Assembly (NCBI RefSeq): GCF_000150275.1
Contig: NW_002060947.1
Coordinates: forward strand, 4,268,335-4,332,334
From: Trichoplax adhaerens
Taxonomy: Eukaryota; Animalia; Placozoa
DNA: 64,000 bases
Direction: 5' to 3'
This document shows positions 1-13,516 of the stretch, piece by piece. The notes beneath the pieces are model-generated. The model saw only the letters and a list, made by a program, of their open reading frames with translations, was not told the origin of the DNA and searched no databases. A program made the translations under genes and the position numbers. Numbering within the stretch: the first letter of the stretch is position 1; each line of letters opens with the position of its first letter.

Positions 1-893
1 CTTCCTTCACTGAAACTGTCTTCGTCATCCCAAGTTTCAAACTTCTAGGTCTTCATTTCTGTCATGTTATGACGTTGCTTACAATTTAATATAACAGACA
101 ACGTCCTACTTTAAGGGAGAATACTTATCCAGAGTAATGACTGATAAATTCTGGTTCATATAGCGTGGCTACGTTTACAACGTCATACGTTCAACAACGA
201 GAGCCTACAATATAATATCAACTCGTACATTATTTTATTTAATTTTTATCCTGATAATTTTGTACATAAACCATGTTTGCTAAGATGTACCGTATTATAC
301 GTATAAGTCAAAGGCATCCTGATTGTTAGTTATAATTGAAAGTACTTACTGAAAACGAATGGTAAAATACCAGCAGGAAACTCGTTACTTTCATTGTTAC
401 GAAAGTGTTTATGTAAAGAATATAATCGAATGGGTTGAAAATAAATCAATGTCAATTATAAAGATACTATTAACATCTTTTCTTCGTAATGGCCATGTTT
501 GTGCTATAATTGTCATACAGTAATATTACTTTGCTATTCTAGCTACTTTTCAGATTCTCAATCATGCTTTCCCATGAATTACAGAACTAAAATCGCTTAC
601 AAAGTTGACAATTTACGCTGATATCGCTAATTTCATACTAGGTGCTCGTACCAAAGGTTTCATTCTTTCTACTTTATACATGAAATAGAATTCATAATAC
701 AACTATCAATTAATTTTCTGTCTTACCATTAGCAGAATTTCGTAAATATTTATGGAATAGGAGAATGAAATTGTGTTAGCGTAAAAAAGTACCGTAATTT
801 AGATATTTCTAGGACAGTCTTTTGTGTTATCACCAACATTTTAACGTTGTTCCAGTCTCACACTATTTTCCAATATTACTAAGTAAAGCGATT

Positions 894-1164
894 CTTAATA
901 TTAAGAAAGAGATAAATGCGGATATATCTGTCGACTGAATATTAGTACGCCATCATTCGCGTAGTAATGTTCAGTCGACTTAATATTAAGAAAGAGATAA
1001 ATGCGGATATATCTGTCGACTGAATATTACTACGCCATCATTCGCGTAGTAATGTTCAGTCGACTTGATATTAAGAAAGAGATAAATGCGGATATATCTG
1101 TCGAATGAATATTACTACGCCATCATTCGCGTAGTAATATTCAGTCGACAGATATATCCGCATT
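894..1164. repeat. Tandem array of three 85-bp units, each containing an inverted repeat (MITE-like hairpin)
   Basis: Units start at 894, 979 and 1064 (cttaatattaagaaagagataaatgcgg...). Each contains gtcgactgaatattactacgc-catcattc-gcgtagtaatRttcagtcgac. The last unit has 36-bp arms (1085-1120 / 1129-1164) with one mismatch and an 8-nt loop. Confidence 0.95.
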
Positions 1165-3898
1165 ACTATAACTTACAATATGTGTATTGTCTTAGGTGGA
1201 GAATAGAATGATTGCATCCGATAATTAAATATGGCTTACGAGTATACTGTGTTAAAAAATACCGACTACTCCGCCCTAATAAGAATAAAAATGATGAAGC
1301 TAAATTGTTCCATTACACCTCTAAAATTCTTCGTATCATACCCTGGTAGCAATAAATATGATTCACTTTGCCTTACGTGAAATGTTACTATATTTTCCAA
1401 TAGTCAAGAATAATCTGTATTGTTAATCGGGCCACCCGAATAATCCAAATTTGAAAATCGATTTTATAGCTATCGATTAAGTTACCTGGTAACGATTCCA
1501 ATCAAAGAAATCATACAGCGATACATGCGTAAATATTTTCAGGCAGCATACGTATAGAAATTGATAATATTGGGGTTGTTACAATTGCTAGATTATAATG
1601 CTCCTGATGACGTTTACAGAAGATTTTTTTAGAACTAATTAAGTAATAGATATTTTATTAATAGCTACAACACAAGAAATAAATTCTTCTCTTAATTACA
1701 TTGTTTAATTAGTTTTAGTAATGCTTTTGTTTTAGCATTAACGTTAGTAACAAACATCCTCAATTTTTAAAATGATATACACGTACAGTACTTAGTTTGC
1801 ATTGAATTCGTAGCCAACAAAATAAATCTTGCCGACGCGGTATCGTCTGTGTTATTAGACATAAGATAATAGAGATAATCCAAAAGTTAGTTTCATTGAT
1901 CAATTTGTTTATCGGTTTAGACTACAACAACAACGAGCTTCTTTAGTTTTCAAAAGATTTATTTAGTACATAATTAGTTCGTTGCTAGTGCAGTATATTT
2001 TATTGATATTGCCTAGGTTATCTGATATACTAAAATAAAAAGTAATTCGCTCTTTAAGGCATCAATATGTCGTTCATAGGTTAGTATTAACATTTGGAAT
2101 AAGAAATAAATACTGTGATTAGATCAGATATTTGATTAATTCATGTGAACGAAATAAAGCATAAATTCGATGTAATCTTTATGTAATAGCAATCATGATG
2201 AATAGTTTATAATTTAAGTCAGCTCGTTTCCCGTCTAATTTAGCAAAGTAATATCAGTAACAGCTAGACATACCGCCCATCGCGTACAGGCAATGTTGTT
2301 ATTATTATAGCAACACTAAATCCTCTTCTACGAACGAGTATGGTGACTGCATACCATCGTAAAGTGATTATATCATTAAGATATCGAGCAAAAATGCACC
2401 GAATGATGCTGTTGCAAATCAAAACGCTGTATGTAAATCATGGAACTAATTTTAGTCTTACTTATATCGGAAATGATTTGTAAATGTCAAATTGTGAGAA
2501 ATTTTCATTCTCAGTATTATTCAGGCTAACTAGAGGCAATTCCATGAACGATACTGCAATATAGCAAGCAGCACATTGTCACTGCAGGATAGATAAATGT
2601 TTCGTACCGATAACTTTAAACTTTTTTCTCTTTAATAATACGGGATAGTACGAAATTTAAGTTTCTAGTCATTTAAATAATCTACTCAGATAAAATTTTC
2701 TGCAGAGCTTTTTGGAAAAATCAATTTATCTATGAAAAATATATAATGAAGATAATCAGTACGAACTTTATTTATGTGGGTGTGCATTATAATAAGTTTG
2801 TATCAATAATAAAATGCAATTTTTAATTATTCTCTTATCCAATGATACTACTTCAATTACATATTTGTTACAGTTAACGAATCCTTAATAATAATTTTAT
2901 TACGTAATACATGAATTAAAATATTTTTGATTTGTGTAGCAACTTCAATTAAATTTCGGAAGTGATGATTATAATAATTTGTAGTCATTGCAAAATTTTA
3001 GTTACGCTTAGGTAGCTATACCAAATACACAATTCAAATATCAAACATGATTAAGCTAAACAACAAAAAGGGTGGTGATCAATTCCTTGGGACAATACTT
3101 ACAAAAATATTGGTCCTAATTCTTATTAAAATGTAAAAATTTCAGGTTATTATTACTATTCAAATTTTAATTGTTTCAATATAGAAACTATTGATAATTA
3201 TATAATGACCCGCAGTGATTTACGTGAAGTAGGTTGAATGAGAAGGCCATCTACTATAACGGTCGACAGATGTAATGATTACTTTATTAAATTCATACTT
3301 ATCATCAGCTAATTTAAGGCAAAATATGTCATAGAAATATCGTTCTATTGGTCTGATGGGTATTAAAACCCTCAGGTTGAATTTTGGTATAAGTAATGGT
3401 AGGATATTTGAATCGATGACAGCTGATCATGATCATTGTTTAGAGCAGTTTTGGATTGATCTTCAAGTCGAGAATTGTTATAAGGACAAGTATTATTGTA
3501 AGAGAAATATAAAATGAAAAAGATAACTTAACTCAATTTTATTTACTGTTAATAGCTATTCAATTTTTTGTTAAATAATGATAAGAAGAATCTTAGTATT
3601 TTAATTGTAACATCTGATTGTAAAAACAAAGAAATATATAGAAATATAAAAGTAATCAGTTTAAAGATTGATTAGGATTTTATGGTACGATTGATAGTTT
3701 ATTAACGGTGTCACCCTAACTCTGTCGGAAAAAATCTCTGAATGTTACCTAATGATGATTCAGAAATAAATTTAATTTTATTTCTGTAGAACTTTCTCTC
3801 AGTTTACTGGCAGTAATTACTCTGTAATAGTAAGTCAAAAGGGACGTGTTCAATGTCAGATTTAAATGCTTGCCGTTAGATAGCTGTAAATCTTAATC

Positions 3899-5155
3899 AT
3901 GAATGATTCTATAATTAATAAAACTTTCGATCTTGGTATCGCCCTTTACTATTACACCAGTCTGGCATTAATTCCGGTATTTGCCTTCGCATTTATAATT
4001 AACATCTTCTTACTTTACGTTTTATTACAAGGTAGCGCTTTTCAATGTATTCCCTATAAGTTAATCCGTATTTCAGTTATATCTGATGCTTTATCTAGTT
4101 TAACTGCTGCTATTGGTTATTCTCTCATTACACAAAATTTTCCCTATCAATCGGGTAAATTACTCTGCCAATTCATCATGTATTTAGTCTTTACATTTAA
4201 TGGTATCTCCATGAATAATTTATTTTTAATCGCTATTGATCGCTACTACGCCATTGTCAAGCCATTCTCGGGATATCATCAACGCCATCGTCGGCGAGCA
4301 TTTTTTATTGGACAAATTATATCATGGAGTTTATCTATTGCCTTTAATATTATCCTTGCTCCTTATATTGGGGTAACTCACGCTGATACGACTCTTTGCG
4401 ATATACCTGATATTAAAGATCATCTATTTATTCCCATAACTATTATCTTATTCTGCATCCTGCAATATGTTATACCATGCACAACTATAACAGTTATTTA
4501 TTGGCGAATTGTCCACCATCAGAAGCATTACGTTAGGCCTGGAGAAAATTCATTTTCACAGCGAGATCATGAAGCTAAAAAGAAAAAATTTAATAAGATA
4601 CTTATGACCATTACATTATGTTATATTTTAACGACTTGGCCTTATTATGCTGGTGTCTTTGGAATGGCAATAACTCGTCAATCGGTTATCACAATTCGTA
4701 ACAAGGATCCAATAATATTTATCTTCTTATTTTGTTCGCTTGGAACCAGCATTTGTATTACAGTAATTAATCCGTTTATTTACCTTCAATTCGATGCCAA
4801 TATAAGAGCTAAATTCGTAGAAATTTTACTCAGAAGAAAGAAGGAGAGAAAAGCATTATCAGTATCGAGCAAGACAAAACCAATAGAGTTATCACAAGCT
4901 ACACGGAAAAAACATAAAATTGCACTTACTAAGCAGCGTGAAATTAAATTACCGCGTAGAAAAGTAACAATAGCTAAACTAGATCGCAATAAACTAATGG
5001 TACCACCTAGGTCATCTCATATTGGCCGGTCTCTAGAACCAAATAATTTCAAATTGATTCCTCATTCATCGACAATAAAACAGGCTGCTATCCAAAAGCC
5101 TAATGAAGTGCTGACAATACCTGGATTGATACCCGATGTTGAAATAATATACTAA
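3899..5155 (+). CDS. Intronless class A (rhodopsin-like) GPCR, 418 aa, with long basic C-terminal tail
   Basis: Seven hydrophobic segments, DRY (IAIDRYYAIV) after TM3, TM3 and ECL2 cysteines, TM6 WP, NPFIY (NPxxY) in TM7. Confidence 0.93.
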   Translation: MNDSIINKTFDLGIALYYYTSLALIPVFAFAFIINIFLLYVLLQGSAFQCIPYKLIRISVISDALSSLTAAIGYSLITQNFPYQSGKLLCQFIMYLVFTFNGISMNNLFLIAIDRYYAIVKPFSGYHQRHRRRAFFIGQIISWSLSIAFNIILAPYIGVTHADTTLCDIPDIKDHLFIPITIILFCILQYVIPCTTITVIYWRIVHHQKHYVRPGENSFSQRDHEAKKKKFNKILMTITLCYILTTWPYYAGVFGMAITRQSVITIRNKDPIIFIFLFCSLGTSICITVINPFIYLQFDANIRAKFVEILLRRKKERKALSVSSKTKPIELSQATRKKHKIALTKQREIKLPRRKVTIAKLDRNKLMVPPRSSHIGRSLEPNNFKLIPHSSTIKQAAIQKPNEVLTIPGLIPDVEIIY

Positions 5156-8100
5156 GCGCATGGATTATTTGATTTATCTGTTAAAATAATTTTACAAAAG
5201 ACAGTGTACGGATCAAACTGTTTGATTAAAATTACCATTTGGTATATTACGTAATTACAATTTAAGAAATTATAATCTTGAAAGTTTATCATTGGTATGA
5301 TCCGTGATGGGTTGCAATGGCTGTTTCTTAGCTAAACTGTCTATCTATATCATAATGGGGTACACCTCTTTGCGCTTGCAAAGAGGTCCTACTGAAATAA
5401 CTGTTTGTTTTTCATGCTACAAAACTATGATTTTTATAAGCTATATTTTATATCATCTAGAACAGTAAAGTAATAAAGCTGATGAATATTTGAGAAATGA
5501 ATATTTAGAATTCATTTTAAGTAAGCAAACATCTTGGAACACAGCCTCACATTATCGAAGAAGTGTCATATTTTATTTTTGTCAACTCTTAACTGAAGTG
5601 TAGTACTTATTTCGTAAATTAATTATTGTCAGCATATTCTTCAGATAGGATATATTCCATGTTAGTTTCAAATATTGGCATTATCGCATTAACAATTGAG
5701 ACTAATTTTGAAAATTAAACAATTAAATTACCCAAAACTTCAATACATATAGTATTACAAAACTGTTAATTGATTATTTATAAAGTTATGTAGAAAAATA
5801 TTGGCGTTATCAACCATAGTAAAGGGAGCCAGCTAGTAGAAGGGAAATGAAGGAATCAATTAACATATACAATAAAGCAGTTAAGTGGCATACTTGTACA
5901 AGCAAATAATTTAACACAGTAAACCGGTTAATAAAATAATATAATCAAGAGTATGGCCTATTTTGATATGATAGCAATGTCATTTACACAAGTGAGGATA
6001 AAATTTTAGGGGTAACATAATTTAAAACATAAAAGTATCGAGAGAGGTAAAGCGAAATAAACGATCGTTCTTTCTCTCAATCGCAACAATTGGTGATTGA
6101 AATTTAGGATTAATAACAAATATTTGTACTACTACAGTACTATTTGTAATTGCTATTTTTGCCAAGAAAAGACTTCAATAAGATGGTGATATTTTCAATT
6201 TATAACACGGTAACCGACCCAGTACGCCTAATTTTTATTTCTGCTTAGCCTTAAAATCTGCAGTCTTAATACGTACTAGCGCATATATTATGTTATCCTT
6301 TAGTAGCTAAGGTAATGTAACTACTATCATCAAGTCTTAAGGGTGAAATCTGAATTCATACTATCGCCCTAGAACAATTCTAATACTGGTTAATTAAGGT
6401 AATTATTAACTGGAGTTAGCTAAATTTAAGGGGATCGGTATTCGAAATGTTTTGAATAAGCTCTAATCTTTCGATTGTATAACTCATCCAAGCCTGTTTG
6501 TTTTACGCTCTTACTGGTTCTTTTTCATTTGAATTCTGCTACTCTTGACATAGATTATTGGATATGTAGTGATACCATTCTACTGCTATCATAGTTGTTG
6601 AAAACTATTGTGATATTTTAAGTACTTTCAGTATCGCCCATTTAGTACTTAATTTACTGAAATTCATAAGCATAGTGCTCAGTAGCACTTACCAGTTATT
6701 TTTTACAACCAAATCAGATCGGTTGAACAATCAAAGTAGTAGTAAGGTAAGACATTAGTATTTACAAGTAGATAGTGTTACATTTGTGATTATAAGAGTA
6801 TTGATGAATAGAATCTATTAAAAATTATTTAATTTATAGTATCTCTCACTAAGAACGAGTTGGGTGAAACTCCTCTAGTAAAAGTATTCTTTACCAAGAA
6901 GTACTTAGGTAAAGAATCTGAGGAATATCATAATACGAATATAGTACTCAGGTACTACTCGTCGCTATAAATAATGGCAAGGTTGTGCCTTAACCACCAG
7001 TTATAGCTTCAAAGTCGGACCCTATTTGAAATCATATTTTTAAATATATAAATCCTGAAGCCAACCTCAAATTACTTAATGTGTTATAAACTGCAATTTT
7101 AATAGACTACATAAAAGTTTTCCATATGATGTAAAATAAAAATAGCAATGATTTATAAATTAGGTAATGCTACTAACATCCATGGCGATTAATACTAATG
7201 ATAGTCATATTATGATGGAGTTTTCGACTGACCATTAATGAAGGTTCCCAATTACAAGCTATTATGGTGCAAGTTAAGACATAGTAAAAGTGCAACTTAA
7301 TATTACTGCGGACTCACTCTACTTGTCTATGATCAGCTAAAATAAAAGATAGTATATGAAGCATAGTAAGTGAGCAAGCTACTAGTTTTCACGAGATTTC
7401 CTAAATTTAAATGGTGTTTGTCCGTCATTTTGTTCTACTAAATGGCTACGGTAGAATGTTTGTTCTAATTTTACCGATATGAAACTCTATAGGAAATTTA
7501 CAATTATTAATCAGTCCTATTACAGTATATAATTGATAAAAATTTTATAGGAGATAGATAAATTCATATTTACTAATGTGCTTGAAGCATATGTCTAACG
7601 AATTAATAAACTTATTGCCTATAGATTATATCATTTAATATATTTTGGCATCGATTTTGCAATATTATTGCCTTATACCATAATCACCTTTTTGTTAAAC
7701 GGGGCAAAGCTGAAGATTTACGTATAAACCTATTCATAGTTATATGTTCTGATTTAATCTGTATTCTATTTTGAAGCTGATATTATTTTCAGTAAAATTT
7801 CTACTGTGTGGATTATTTTCTACCAAGGAAAAAGTAAGAAGAAATTACCACAATTTAATAATAATTTCGATTTCTGATTTTATCTAGTAATAAGTAGAGG
7901 AAACAGATGTAGGTAGTTCCCTGCAAGCTAAGAAGCAAATTAAAACTTTATGTACCGTATATAGATTAGCATTATATTTATCACTAACCGCAGGAAGTAT
8001 ATGCGATATTCCTTATCTTCTAAATTAATAGTGCTTATGTAAATCCCGTCACTATTACATAGCTATAGGAATATTACTAACTGTCAAGGATTAAGTGAAA

Positions 8101-10664
8101 GAAACTACAGTATGTATTAACTCAATTAAATTTGATAAAATCAATGCAACCCTATAGGCAAGATTTATATTTATTAGCATATTGAAGTGTACGAATATTA
8201 CTAAGTTTTACAGTCTAATTCTCTAAATTGATTTTTGTATTGTAAGAGTAACAGTAATAACTTCAAAAATCAAACTGCCGCAATAAAAAAATACAGAAAT
8301 TTAGTAGTTTATGAGAATGTGTACACGAAACAGCAATAAGAATTTTCGAATCAATGGCGCCTAAAAGAAGAGAAAGCAGTCGAAACCATGAAACTGTAAG
8401 TAAAGGACGTCTATCCATTTTATAGATGAAAATGATCAATCATTCGTAGTAAAACTGTTTTTACATTTATTAAAATTATGTAATCTATGAAGCTGTTACA
8501 TAATTGATAATTTCCGGCCATGGATTACTTATTACTGCGAAATGAAGTAACATTGTAGTGTAGATCAGCATTTGCTATTTCTTTATTAGTTTGATTATTT
8601 TTTTAGAAGTTATGTTATATTGTGTTTACCTTCCGCTTGCTAAGGTAATTTAAACCTGGCATAATGAAACCAATGAAAATAAGTCTAAAATAATATTCCG
8701 TTGCCATCCATTCATTACAATATATATTTAGTTGGTTTACCATTTGCCATAGAGTTACTTTTTATAGCCGAATTCTTATCTTATTTTATTAGTAAGATAA
8801 TTTGGTACATATCAATAGTGTGCGTATCTGTGATGTTGTACACCGTTATATAGATAATTATTTTTATTTATAAACTATTTTAGCATAGATAATTAATTAT
8901 TTTTTATTTCACTGCACTATGAATTAGTTGTCTTTCAAAAATTTTTTGAAGTTTGGTCTAGAGAAGATGTGCTGTTACCGTAGCCTCCTGACGATAGGAG
9001 GCTGTGTCACACTGTACTAGGCAAATGTCGATGAGGACGAACTTGATGATCTGCTCTTAGACGTTTAATTTCTCTTTGCAAATGCAGATTAATAGTACAA
9101 TAATAAGCAAAGGTTTAATAGACAGATAAAAACTTGATTAAGAATCATTATCAATACATTCATGTATATGGTCTATCTTTAGCATTACGGTCCATCATTC
9201 TAGAACCAAATTGCAACGAATCGTAATAATAATTGTTATATTATTATCGTAACCGCCCTTTTAATGAGCCCACCTTGGGAGCGAAGTGATATGGGTTTAT
9301 TATTCGACAGGTCTTCAGGTTTTCCTACATACGAGAATATATCATCTTTTAAATTGTCTACATTATTATTTATTTAATAAATTTGTCTAGAGTTAGCTGC
9401 TTTGTAGGTTGATGTGGAGAAGATTTACATAAATCGGTATTAAATTTATCGGACTTTGCATCAACTTAAAATCTTTGCACTTAAGACTAATACGTAATTA
9501 TTGTCACGAAATATATAGGCGTATATCGTGATTCTGATTCAGTGCCTTCGTAGTAGGTAATCACCTGGGGAAAATAAGCGTGTAAAGTGGAGACTTTAGG
9601 CTTATAGAGCAGGATTTTTTGATTAAAACATATCTACCGCTTAACTATATAAAGACATTACATAACAAATTTTTTATTATTTACAGTATCATGTGCAGTA
9701 AACTACAGAGTAGTGTACACACATAATTATGTTTTATATTGTGATCTGTTCCATGGGTCTTATTGCTCTAAGATTAGATCTGGTCGTTTCGAATTAGAGC
9801 TCTTGTCTATTACGGGTAAACATCCAATATCATGGTAAAGTATCAAGCTGAAAGTAGATACGTTGTTACATCTCGAAATTTAAAACTTGAAAGACACTGT
9901 AGAGAGACTCTATACAAATACAGGTAGAAACAATTTATTTAGTGACTTTACTCTTTATTACTGCACTCTTTATATTACTGCCAACATGAATAAATTTATT
10001 AAAAGACGAAGGAGAAAGATAAAGTAACGCATTCATATTCTAAAGTTTAGTTTAGGCTTTGAGCAATATTTCTGTTGTAAAATGTCAATTAACTTAATGT
10101 TACAATTTCTATCGGAATTTTATTTATAGGATTGAAATAAAACGATAAGCTTTTATCCTTTTAAGCACTAATTCATGTAGCCATTCATGTATAACTATAA
10201 TTTAAGTATAGGAAAACGTATAAGCATATTTCATAAGTCGTGCTTGCAATATACTATATCAGGATACTAATATTGTAAATGCGTACTCGTACTGTGTTTA
10301 CGGACATAAAGTATCACAATTATTACAGATAGTGGTAAAATAATATAATCTAATTTCTCAAGATCAATTAACTTTATATAGTGTAAAGAATAATTCCGTA
10401 AAAGATATGTCACATGGTACAATTATGTTAAATTTTTAAATAAATAATAATTACAAATATTAGGCTGATATAAATTAACAATTTTATGAATAAGTTGGAC
10501 GAATTACATTTAAGTTGATTATATTAAAGTAAATGTTGATAATTAATCAATCAGTATCAGGTTACACAACGAAATGTATATAATATTGAACAACTCTTTC
10601 AGTCTTAATTTTAAAAGATTTACCAGACTCTACAACCACGATGAGTAAGGCTTTGATGTTTAAT

Positions 10665-11215
10665 ATGTCTAATATTAGTATAATATATAGAAATCTTAAT
10701 ATCTTTTACAATTATGTCAGTCTAGCCAGTGGCATCTTATTGTATACGTATTATGGGATTTCTTGCTAATTTATTTATATTATATATTTTAATTCATGAT
10801 GAAAGTTTTCAATCTATTCCATATAAGTTAATTCGAGCTTCTATTATCTCCGATATTTTATCAAGTTTAACCTTTAGTGTTCCAGGTTTTTAGTATCTCA
10901 ATAATTTACTTATGCTGAAGGTACAACTAGTTGTAGAATTGTTTTATTTCTTACATTTACCTCCAATGGTGTGTATGCTAAATCTGTGCTCAATTGCTAT
11001 CGACTGTTACTTTTCTATCATCAACCCTCAAAACCGAGGCTATCTATCGTTTACATCACCGACGTATTTTCTATATTAATCAAATTTTAACTTGGATAAA
11101 TTCTAGTTGGAGAAAGAGAAGGAGAAGAAAGATAAAAAAGATTGTTTATTAAAATGTTGATTACTATTGCTTTATGTTATATTCTGATTGCTTGGCCGTT
11201 TTATTATATTGATAA
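10665..11215 (+). pseudogene. GPCR pseudogene (TM1-TM3, start of TM4, then TM6; most of TM4-TM5 deleted)
   Basis: Fragments translate as ANLFILYILIHDESFQSIPYKLIRASIISDILSSLT and FIKMLITIALCYILIAWPFY, homologous to the 3899 and 13517 GPCRs. There is an in-frame TAG (ggtttttag), frameshifts, and DRY is changed to DCY. Confidence 0.85.
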
Positions 11216-13516
11216 TCTTGCTAATATCGTAAATTTTCTTTCTTTAATGATCTTGTATTTGCATCAGTTCTGCGTATTAACTAGTTATGGTATCTCTATT
11301 TCCGTGAATATCCGTAGAAGACTTAGATTGGATAACATTAATTATCAGCTCATAATAAGGTTAAGACTAAAAATTGTACCCAAAAGCTTAGAATGCCGGT
11401 GGCTAGGGCACCTATTTATTTCAAAGTTTCTTATATAATCTTATGCATATACTTCGTTCGACTACTATCTTCAGTTTTATATGACAGACTAAAGTTATTG
11501 TTGGCCGTTTTTAATTTTCAGATTTGATAGTTAAGGCATGATTCATATGGTTAAGATACATTTATTTCAGTATATTACTTACATGAAGAGCATTTATTAT
11601 ATATCTGATAACCCAATCTTTCTTTTTTATAAAATTATACATAATTTAATAGATACCGTAGCATAAATTATAATTGTCTAGAATTAAAAAGTAAACTATC
11701 TTAGGAACTGTGATAGATTTCTACTTCAAGTTCATTCTTAATGTATTATTTGTATTATTTTTGAGATCTAGGATCTAACTACGGTTAGCTAATCACAGGC
11801 AATGATTATATTAAAGCACTCTTAATTAGTGAGAAATAGTGGTTAGAATGTTTCATTTGGTTGATCATATTGGCTTCTAATGCGAATCTGTTGATTACGG
11901 TTGCCTTATAAGAATATTATTTATTGCCAAATTCAAAGACTGCGAACTATATGATACAAACTAATGAATAGCGTAATGAAAAGGAAATATGATAGCTGTA
12001 GATCATAATTTATAACGTTTAGAAATAGATAGTAGTAGCAACCTAGTCAATTCACATCATCATAATTGTTCATATGATATATCATAAAAGGCTATAAAAA
12101 CTTTGAGCTTGTCGTAACAGTAAAATAATATAGCTTACACCTAATTGTAATATAGCCTCATTATTATTGAAGAGATAATGGCTGTACGGTATACTAGCTG
12201 CCGAGTTATAATTATTTTTTATTGAAATTGACTTCTATTTATGGCTAAAAGTGAAATGTTGTATATTTTAACATATTACATCTTTCCGTTTAATGTAAAT
12301 GATATAATTTATACATAGTCGTCTACTTTTAATCATTTATAAATGACTCTTATTTACAGCTGAATCTGGTATGCGGTAAACTTCTAGAATTAAGTTTTTG
12401 TTTATATTAAAGACACTATTCTGATATAAATTAGTAATTACGACTAATGTTAGGGAGTTTATTTTCTCATATAATCAATTAAAATTAATATATTAAGTGA
12501 AAGAGTCCTATAGTTAAATTGTCATGTTTATCTACTGAAGAGATGGATATTTTAAATCTGAAGCGGACCTAATACAAGAATTAATATTTGCCAACCTCTC
12601 TTAAATAGATACATTCGATATCAGAGCAAGAGAACTTCTTCAGGAATAGAAGATACCTGGCATTAGACTTTCAGCTATTAAATATTTCTTAAAGGCAGAG
12701 ATAAAATTTTTGCTTAATACTATTTAAAATTAAAAACTATTTGTGCTATACCTCAAAATTTTCATTAAAAATTGTCGTTTAATTTCATTTTATGTAACAT
12801 TCAATGATATTATTTACAGAAACGACAGAAAGAGATGTAGAGAAATACATTTCGAATATGACTATTTCTCTACTTTAGTATTTCATTACTGCTACTGCTA
12901 CTAATGTTCTAGAATGTACGGTCATAATATATCGTCAGGTTTCTTTGATACTTGTATCTTTAAAAATTAATAAATGATACGATAGGAATATTTTCATATA
13001 ATGACGACTCTTTTATCATCCAAGCTGAAATTCTAAGAAAGCGTTTAATTTTTTTCCATCAACCCCAAACTGTTTGACATATTAAAATGATTAATTATCG
13101 ACTATCTGAACATCATAGTAACATGTCCGCTACGTTATAATTCTAGTGAAATTGGGTAATCTTTATGTGATTAAATGAACTTTGCTGTAGAAATGAATTT
13201 TACTTGCATAGCTAGATTATGCTTTTATTCTTCATCTGGGATGTAGCCTGGTAGTAAACTTTCAATAGCTATCGTAGTGCGACTAATTTGCGTTATTTTA
13301 GATGTTGTCGGTCGCTGACTTGATTTACTAGTGCTTGGCAACAATTTGGGTATTGCGATTCCCTCTTCTTAGCCAGGCTTTACATGAATGATACAATTGG
13401 ATGTGTGGGATATTTGTTGACTTTTTCTTTTTTTTTGCTGGGATTGAGTTTGCTGCTGACGATGAAGTAGTCTTATCTGTAAGGGCTGAAGGTTTTATTT
13501 TACTTGGTATTGATAA

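Noticed and set aside
1-65. Acidic peptide on the - strand (MTEMKT*KFETWDDEDSFSEG)
   Set aside because: Interrupted by a stop and cut by the window edge; it cannot be assigned.
8979-9020. Hairpin agcctcct-gacgat-aggaggct followed about 10 nt later by CTAG (Helitron 3'-end-like)
   Set aside because: CTAG is followed by G rather than T, and no 5' end or second copy is visible in the window.
9380-9415. AATTTGTCTAG (U7 snRNA-type Sm site) followed by a weak hairpin
   Set aside because: No upstream CUCUUU-like histone downstream element complement; the hairpin depends on many G-U pairs; likely chance in AT-rich DNA.
11142-11438. 98-aa ORF as an independent gene
   Set aside because: It starts at a non-ATG codon and only its first 22 or so residues are a GPCR TM6 remnant of the pseudogene.
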